Shown in pieces: positions 55,925 through 64,000 of a stretch of DNA of 64,000 nucleotides. A model generated the notes under the pieces. It did not search any database. It was not told where the DNA came from and saw nothing but the letters and a program-made list of their open reading frames with translations. The position numbers and the translations under genes are program-made. The number at the start of each line of letters is the position of its first letter. The first letter of the stretch is position 1. The stretch is from Chrysomallon squamiferum. Its lineage: Eukaryota > Animalia > Mollusca. The stretch spans positions 1,612,001 through 1,676,000 of the forward strand of contig CM022675.1 of NCBI GenBank assembly GCA_012295275.1. Reading direction: 5' to 3'.

Positions 55925-56884
55925 GGTTTGTCCTTCATCATAACCAGATTTAAATAACTTCTATTTCAAAAAAGTTCACTTTGGAAAATTGTATTATAGG
56001 TGAAAAAAGTTAAAATAATTTTTATTTCAGAAAATTGATTTTGGAAAGGTAACGGTGGGTGATAGTTTATAGTTAAATATAACATTTATTTAAAAGGAAA
56101 ATGTACATGATATAAATAACGATACTGCTAGGGTTAGGATTAGGGTTACGGTTATGTTTAGAATAGGTTTACCTTTATATTTTCGGTTAGGATTAATGTT
56201 ATGTTCAGGATTAGAATTAGGTTTAGATTTAAGTATTTATTTACCTCAACAGGCTTTCGTGTAAAAGTTGAACAATCTTATGCTGAGCTTAATGATAAAA
56301 TTGAAAAAAAAGCTTTTATTTGAAAAACATTAACGGTCATTACTAGGGGGAGAAATATTTACTTGAAAAAATTAGTTTTGGATAGTTAACAGTGGATGTT
56401 TTGTAAAACGTTAATTTATCGCATAGTTTTGCTATACTCCCAGTGGATTGAATAACACATATAGGGCAAATGTCTTGTTTGATTTGTGTTTCTTTATAAG
56501 TCATACTCGTGGTTTGGATTAGATTTGTTGTGTACGTATATGATAATTACCAGGTTACCTTAATGTTTTATTTTCTCTATTTATTACAGAAACTGTGTAG
56601 ATTCATGACTGAGCAAACACTTAGAGATGCTTTCCTAAAACTGTGGACGTGGAAAGTCCGTTATTACTTTTTTTAACTTTTTTTATTTTTAGAAGCTACA
56701 AATATTACCTGCATATTGATTCTTGTTGAGCTACAACTGAGATAGAAAGTGGATTATGATAGTTTATTTTCAGTTTACAAGATTGCGGGTCTTTTTGAAA
56801 TTATTACGTGAATTCGCCCGATTTTTATCTCTCATATGTGTTCCACATTTTCTTGTTTAATTTCTTTATTATTATTGTTATTAC

Positions 56885-56948
<64 letters not shown>

Positions 56949-58290
56949 ATATTCGAATATAAAAGTGACCCTGCTTGTAATGAATTCAAATGTAAGTTCC
57001 TCATCTAAAGATACAGCTCATGATTCTGAAACTGAAGACCCGACTTTGAGGTTGATGTTGAACTGGACAAGCGAACAGTCTATTGAGTTTACTATGTTTG
57101 TGATATTCAGGACGCTCTTAGAGATTAATATCAAAATAAAAACAAACAACATTTATGCATAGTCAATAATTATAGTTGACTGCGTATTAACTTTGTCCTT
57201 CATCATAAGCAGATTTAAATAACTTCTATTTTAAAAAAGTTAACTTTGGAAAGTTAACTGTGAGTTTTAGGTGAAAAAAGTTAAAATAACTTTTAGTTCA
57301 GAAAACTGACTTTGGAAAGGTAACACTGGGTGATAATTTATAGAAAAATATAACATTTATTTAAAGGAAATATGTACATCATATAAATAACGATACTGCT
57401 AGGGTTAGGATTAGGGTTACGGTTTTGTTTAAGGACAGGTTTACCGTTATATTTTCGGTTAGGATTAATCTTATGTTCAGGATTAGAATTAGAATTAGAT
57501 TTAAGTGTTTATTTACTAGAAGAGGCTTTGCTGTAAAAGTTGAACAATCTTTTGCCGAACTTAAAGATATAATTGAACAAAAAAAACAACATTATTTGAA
57601 AAACATTAATTCTGTAAAGTTAACGGTCAACATTAAAGTTGGAGTATATTAAGTTGACTGTGTTTCTGACATTCAGGCTGCTTTTAGAGATTAATATCAA
57701 AATTAAAATAAATTAATTAATTAAAAACCAAAAAAACAACCGAAAAACGTATATGATAGTCAATAATTATAGTGGACTTCGTATTAATTTTGTCCTTTAT
57801 CATGAGCAGATTTAAATAATTTCTCTTTTAGAAACGTTGACTCTGTAAAGTTAACTGAGTTTTAGGTGTAAAAAGTTAATATAACTTTTACATCAGAAAA
57901 TTGACTTTGCAAAGGTACCGATGGGTGTTAGTTTATAACTAAATTTAACATTTATTTTTAAAAAATGAGCATGGTATAAATAACGATACTGCTGGTGTTA
58001 GGATTAGGGTTACGGTTATGTTTAAGGTTAGGTTTACTTTATATTTTCGGTTAGGTTTAATGTTATGTTCAGGATTAGGATTAGATTTAAATATTTATTT
58101 ATTTATTCGCGTAAAAGTTGAACAATTTTATGCTCAACTTAATGATAAAATCGAAAAAGACTTTTATTGGAAAAACATTAACTTTGTAAAGTTAACGGTG
58201 AACATTAGTGAAAAAATATTTACTTGAAAAATTTAGCTTTGCAGAGTTAACAGTGCATGTTTCATAAAACGTTAATTTATCACATAGTTA
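55925..58290. repeat. Three diverged copies of a ~500-570 bp unit containing degenerate TTAGGG-like motifs
   Basis: Copies at ~55925-56430, 57105-57670 and 57670-58290 share TTTGTCCTT.ATCAT...AAATAACGATACTGCT.G.GTTAGGATTAGGGTTACGGTT...GTAAAAGTTGAACAAT. Confidence 0.88.
56975..57107 (-). pseudogene. Inverted pseudo-exon: copy of exon 6 (ZP-C start) from a third, degenerate paralog
   Basis: The reverse complement reads NITNIVNSIDCSLVQFNINLKVGSSVSES*AVSLDEELTFEFIT, with in-frame TGA at 57020-57018 and the donor mutated to GC. The acceptor side is replaced by a tandem repeat. Confidence 0.88.
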
Positions 58291-58636
58291 TAATTAATAA
58301 TACAGCTAGATAGAGAGGGTCAGTGTTAGGTTTGGGGTTGGGCTGGGTGTTAGGGATAGTGTTAGTTTAAGCATGATTCATCCTGCCTGAGAAACTCATG
58401 AACAAAATATGAAAAAACGGGTTACACTGACATTAAATTTAGGACAGCGTTCTCTTATAACTTGTTTACCTCATTTATCATGCAAATAATTTAATTCATC
58501 GAGAAGATTGTGTTTGAATCTTTTTTTGCCATAAAAGCTTATCGTAAATAAATTAAAATAGAGTGAAACATTCACTCCCAGTTACCCGTGCAGGACGGTC
58601 ATGTTGACATTCTCCTCCATAATGTACTTTTTTAAA

Positions 58637-58670
<34 letters not shown>

Positions 58671-58844
58671 GTTTTAAATGTTTCCCTGAGTAGATATGTT
58701 AATCATATTTGACTATTTGCAGTAGAAGTAGTAATAATGAAAACAGTATTTGTAGTACAAGCAGTAGCAGTGTGTGTGTGTGTGTGTGTGTGTTCTTATG
58801 CATATTACTTATCACCCTTCTTCTCAGTATTGTTGTTCCTATTA

Positions 58845-58939
<95 letters not shown>

Positions 58940-59219
58940 CATCATCATCATCATCATTATTATTGTTATTACCTTTAATTTTTGCTTTCTATTTATTTAT
59001 TTATTTATTATTTTGTTACTTTACTGACTTTGGGCGTTAGTTTAGTGTGATATTAAATATATTCTCATTGACCTAGACTGAACATTACATGTGACAGGAC
59101 AGCCTGCCGTCTTGACATATTCCTCCACAATATGTTTAATAAGAATGTGTTTTATCTGGTCACATGGGTAACTATATTAATCGTGATTCACTATCCTAGT
59201 ACAAAAAGCAGTAACGGTG

Positions 59220-59242
59220 TTGTGTATATGAGTGCGTGCACA

Positions 59243-59273
<31 letters not shown>

Positions 59274-59398
59274 GTGTGTATATATATATGTGTGTGGTTG
59301 TGTTAGTGAGTGTGTGTGTATATGAGTGCGTGCACATATATGTGTGTATATATATATATGTGTGTGGTTGTGTTAGTGAGTGGTTGTGTATGTGTGAA

Positions 59399-59441
<43 letters not shown>

Positions 59442-59860
59442 ATGTGTATGTGTGTATGTGTGTGTGTGTATATATATATATGTGTGTGGTTGTGTTAGTG
59501 AGTGTGTGTGTATGTGTGTGTGTGTGTATATATATATATATGTGTGTGTGGTTGTGTTAGTGAGTGTGTGTGTATGTGTGTATGTGTGTGTATGTGTATA
59601 TATATATGTGTGTGGTTGTGTTAGTGAGTGTGTGTGTATGTGTGTATGTGTGTGTATGTGTGTGTGTATATATATATATGTGTGTGGTTGTGTTAGTGAG
59701 TGTGTGTGTATGTGTGTATATATATGTGTGTGTGTGTATATATATATATATGTGTGTGGTTGTGTTAGTGAGTGTGTGTGTATGTGTGTATGTATGTGTG
59801 TGTGTGTATATATATATATATGTGTGTGGTTGTGTTAGTGAGTGGTTGTGTATGTGTGTA

Positions 59861-59897
<37 letters not shown>
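59220..59897. repeat. Compound TG/TA minisatellite with recurring GTGGTTGTGTTAGTGAG anchor (~8 copies, ~60-120 bp spacing)
   Basis: Direct reading of sequence. Confidence 0.9.
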
Positions 59898-59899
<2 letters not shown>

Positions 59900-60402
59900 G
59901 AAGAAAAATACGACTTCTGTGACCATTGTATGACTCATCGATGATCAGAGAATCCTCGTTTGTGCGTATCTGTGTGTGTCTGTGTGTGTACTTTATTCCA
60001 TTTTATGTAATCTGTTTTTATTTTATTATACTTCCAATATTCTTTTCTAATAAAAAATGATGCGACTTTTCAGTCAAACTATAAAACTATTTTGAAGAAA
60101 GCATTAAGAAAAGAGTAAATAGATTTGAAATTTCTTAACGTCGCCATTTTTTATAGCATGAAAGCTGGATCAGTGAATCTGCGCACTCAGCTGTGAAGAC
60201 AGCAGTCGCGTTTCTCACTCAACAACAAATATTTAGTTGAGTTTTGTCTGGTTTTAAATGTAACCCACAAACATATCAGCCATTTTGTTGTCATCTCGAA
60301 ACGTACTGTTTGGTAGTGTAAATTAATTCAGAGTCGTCTACTTATTTAATACTGGCCACACACAGACAGACACTCACACTCACTCTCTCTCAAACACACC
60401 CA

Positions 60403-60445
<43 letters not shown>

Positions 60446-60484
60446 CTATATACATACCCATACACATATTCACGTTTGAACCCA

Positions 60485-60612
60485 GTTTGTCATCAAAGCT
60501 GATGTAAATAAAATTAAAGTAAAACTTTCACTCTCAGTCAGCTGTGTGTGACGATCATCTTGACATTCTCCTGCATAGCGTATTTTATTATGTGTGTTAA
60601 TTCTGTATGACA
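60485..60612 (+). repeat. Local dispersed repeat, copy at 63856-63982 and weaker copies at ~58545-58625 and ~59090-59135
   Basis: Shared sequence GTTTGTCATCAA.GCTGAT.TAAATAAAATTAAAGTAAAACTTTCACTCTCAGTCAGCTGTGTGTGACGA.CATCTTGACATTCTC. Confidence 0.8.
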
Positions 60613-60865
60613 TTTTTCTACTTCTTTATCTTTTTGATAGTTTGTTTACCTGAGTCTCTGTATTAATCATGATTGACTCTATACAGTATATAACAGCAGT
60701 TGTTTAGGAACAGTAGGAACAGTAGGAATAGTAGCATTAATACTAGCAGTAAACAATAAATAAATTATATCTTATGTTAAAGATTCAGTATAAATGAAAA
60801 TTAAATTATGTGTAAATACAGACAACGTGTCTACCTTGGGTGCTATTTTCTTTTTCTTTATTTTG

Positions 60866-61187
60866 TATTATTATTATTACTACTACTACTATTATTACTA
60901 TTACTACTACTACTATTATTACTATTACTACTACTACTATTATTATTATTATTACTACTACTACTATTATTATTATTATTATTACTACTACTATTATTAC
61001 TATTACTACTACTATTATTATTACTATTACTATTACTATTATTATTATTATTATTATTATTACTATTATTATTATTATTATTATTACTACTACTATTATT
61101 ATTATTACTATTACGATTATTATTATTACTACTACTACTATTATTATTATTATTATTACTATTATTATTATTATTACTATTATTATA

Positions 61188-61241
<54 letters not shown>
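60866..61241. repeat. Long (ATT/ACT)n trinucleotide microsatellite
   Basis: Direct reading; source of the poly-Y/L/I/N ORFs. Confidence 0.95.
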
Positions 61242-61870
61242 GTTTATCAATAGCTCTTTGTGCATCTAGTTACACCCATTTTTCTAATGTTATTTAAACA
61301 AACAGTACAGCATCACCAATGTGGACAGCACGATGTAATATCGCTATGTGAATGATTGTCATTGATAAGAATGAAGAGAATTGTAAGTACAGTAGAAATT
61401 GTATTAAATAAAATTAAAATTATTTGTTAGAAAGTTTGAGATACTTGAAAGCAGCGTTACTAAATTGCTGAGACAGTAGACATGTAGAATAGCATTATAA
61501 ACGTATTCAGTTACCTGCAATGAAATATAAAACATTTTCAAATCTTAGTTTCAGAACAAAAGAGTAAGAAGGATAAGTCATGGTTAATTTGACACACGAG
61601 CACAACTGATAAGACGTTTCGCTTGTGTCAAATAACAGAGATAAAGTTGTAAATGTACCACTGTGTACGACTAGAAATTTATAAAATCTAACAATGAATA
61701 ATTACATAGTTAGAACTTGAACATTTCAGATTTTTTCAATATTAAATAATTTGTAAAGAAATTTTGCAACAGGGATGAATATGTTTAGAAATAAACATAT
61801 TTTGTTCATTGATAATTACAAACTAATGATTATGATGATGACGACGACGATGATGAAGATGATGATGATG

Positions 61871-61933
<63 letters not shown>

Positions 61934-63700
61934 GTAATTTAATTGCATAACGAATCTTCTACACAGACTGTGAGAGCTTTCAAAATAAATTACGATGTTA
62001 AAAGAAACGGGATGTGATAGATAATATCTGCGGATGTTAGGGAGTAACATAAAGTTGTATTTTCAGATAAATGGTGTATACACTGTTCAAAATAAAAAAT
62101 TAGATCTTACATATATCTCTCAGTCAGTTTAAATACGAGAAAGATATAGGATTTCCACAAAGTCAGAAATAAATTAGCAATTAAATAAAAGCTTTCAAAT
62201 TTATCTTTAAGAACAAATGAGTTAAACTTAGAATTCTCACTTACTCAGCACTAAATAAACAGATAATTTATAAAATTAAATAACACAAAGATTGTATGAT
62301 TTAGATATGTCTGTTGCATCTTTAAAATATATACATATATATTTTTTAAAGGGAATGCAGGTGGAACACACTAAATAATCGACGTACGTGCATTTAAACG
62401 CGTTTAAAAATACCAGACAAGTTTGTGAACAAAGTCTTATAAAACTGGTTTGACTGACACTAAATTTAGGACAGCGGTCTCTTTTAACACGCTTACCTCA
62501 ATTATCATACAAATAATTAATCCTCGTGATTTTCTTCGTCATAAAAGTGATGCCGTCGAAACCTAGTAACTATTAACATTGAGAAGTTCATACAAGAAGT
62601 CAGCCAAACAAGAAACAACAACAAAGAAAAAAAAAATAATAATAATAATAATAATAAAATAAAAAAGAAATGTTTTTATACAGTAGTTATGACTTCACAT
62701 GACATGTGATTTAAAATCGGTGATACATTGAAACAAGCTTTCTTTTTTTCTTTTCACAAAAATACTTTAAAGCTCATCTTAATACACATTTTTACACTTC
62801 TTTCCAAACACATCACATAGTGTATTATATATATAATATATACGTGCGTGTGTGTACGTATCTTACTTCAATAAATGTAAAAGTCACTAATTTTATATTT
62901 TGTATCTGTGATTCTTCAGGAAACGTAGATTATGTACACACTGCTGCAGCTATCACTGCTGGTACTACTACTACTACAACCACTACTACTACTGCTACAC
63001 TAACACTAACGTTAATACTAACACTCATTTTGTACCAGTGAATATATGATAATATATACTTCTCTATAACCTCTTTTCTCATTGTTTGTTTTCTTTCTTA
63101 AAGTCCAGAATAAGAATTGTACAATGACATAAGTTAATACACAGACTGTCTCTGAGAGGTTGCAGACATTTCATGTAAACAGTCAATTAACAACACGACA
63201 ATAAATAAAGTTTTGTCATAATTAGATCTTCTGATGTTTGAGTACAGAGTAAAGAAAACACATCTTATCGTAGCGGGGATTACGAGAAGACACGAAATTG
63301 TATTTTCAGACGAATGGTGTAAACAGTCAATTAACATCACCGTACAGAACAAAGAATTAATACTTGAATGTATCTGTTAATATGTAATCTTTGTTTTCTG
63401 ATATTATTTCAAGTAGAAAAGTTTATTATTTATTAATTTATTTTAACACCATGTTTCATCGACATCAGTGAGTAATATATTTGTATTTACTGTTTTATTT
63501 TATTTTACTGTATTTTTGTTCCATTTTATGAATTTTAGTTTGATGAAAAATAAAACATAGTTTGCCAAACAGAGAGGAAATATAAAAAAAACCTCAGTAC
63601 AATTAAAATTGTTTATTTATTTCTTCCCCTCTATTCTATTTTATTCTACTCTAGCTCAGTGTAGATTTACCTGTGGGATTTATATATTTAGACTGATTAC

Positions 63701-63777
<77 letters not shown>

Positions 63778-64000
63778 ATTATGACAAACACTTTTGAGAA
63801 ATGTTATGTGTCTCGGGAACGTACAAAAATATAGTGATATATTCGTTTCTATCGCGTTTGTCATCAAGGCTGATTTAAATAAAATTAAAGTAAAACTTTC
63901 ACTCTCAGTCAGCTGTGTGTGACGAACATCTTGACATTCTCGTCCAAAGTGTATTTTATTATGACTGTTAATTCTGTATGATATATGTTTATATGTGTAT

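Noticed and set aside
56125-56155. Interstitial telomere
   Set aside because: Only one or two perfect TTAGGG units per copy, embedded in a longer repeat unit.
60794-61297. Poly-Tyr/Leu/Ile/Asn ORFs here and dozens of similar poly-ER, poly-SL, poly-YI and poly-HT ORFs elsewhere
   Set aside because: Translations of (ATT)n, (AG)n, (TA)n and (CA)n microsatellites.

Overview
AT-rich, microsatellite-dense animal genomic DNA. It is probably molluscan (possibly cephalopod), inferred from the EGF-ZP gene type and repeat landscape. Almost all ORFs in the supplied track are simple-repeat artefacts; the real genes appear only after manual GT-AG exon assembly. The window holds a tandem cluster of one gene family: the 3' end of a paralog lying left of the window (poly(A) region ~80-230); paralog A (19 coding exons, 14120-23974, +); paralog B (19 coding exons, 40359-50931, +, 878 aa); and an inverted relic (~53.4-57.1 kb). 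Both full copies encode signal peptide - EGF - EGF - ZP-N - first strands of ZP-C - linker + four group-A SRCR domains - rest of ZP-C - RKRR furin site - TM - short tail. The main finding is that the ~440-aa SRCR cassette sits inside the ZP-C domain as a phase-1/phase-1 exon block. SRCR1-3 are strongly diverged between paralogs while the ZP scaffold is nearly identical, and cysteines are lost in disulfide pairs. Paralog A carries a 1-nt frameshift and an early stop in its tail; paralog B has a GC donor and a truncated EGF2. Three copies of a TATA/Inr promoter with a non-coding first exon are visible. The window also contains a degenerate Tc1 element with both TIRs, Tigger, LINE and hAT relics, a 40x48-bp minisatellite and a locally amplified ~2.3-kb repeat. 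All alignments were done by eye.
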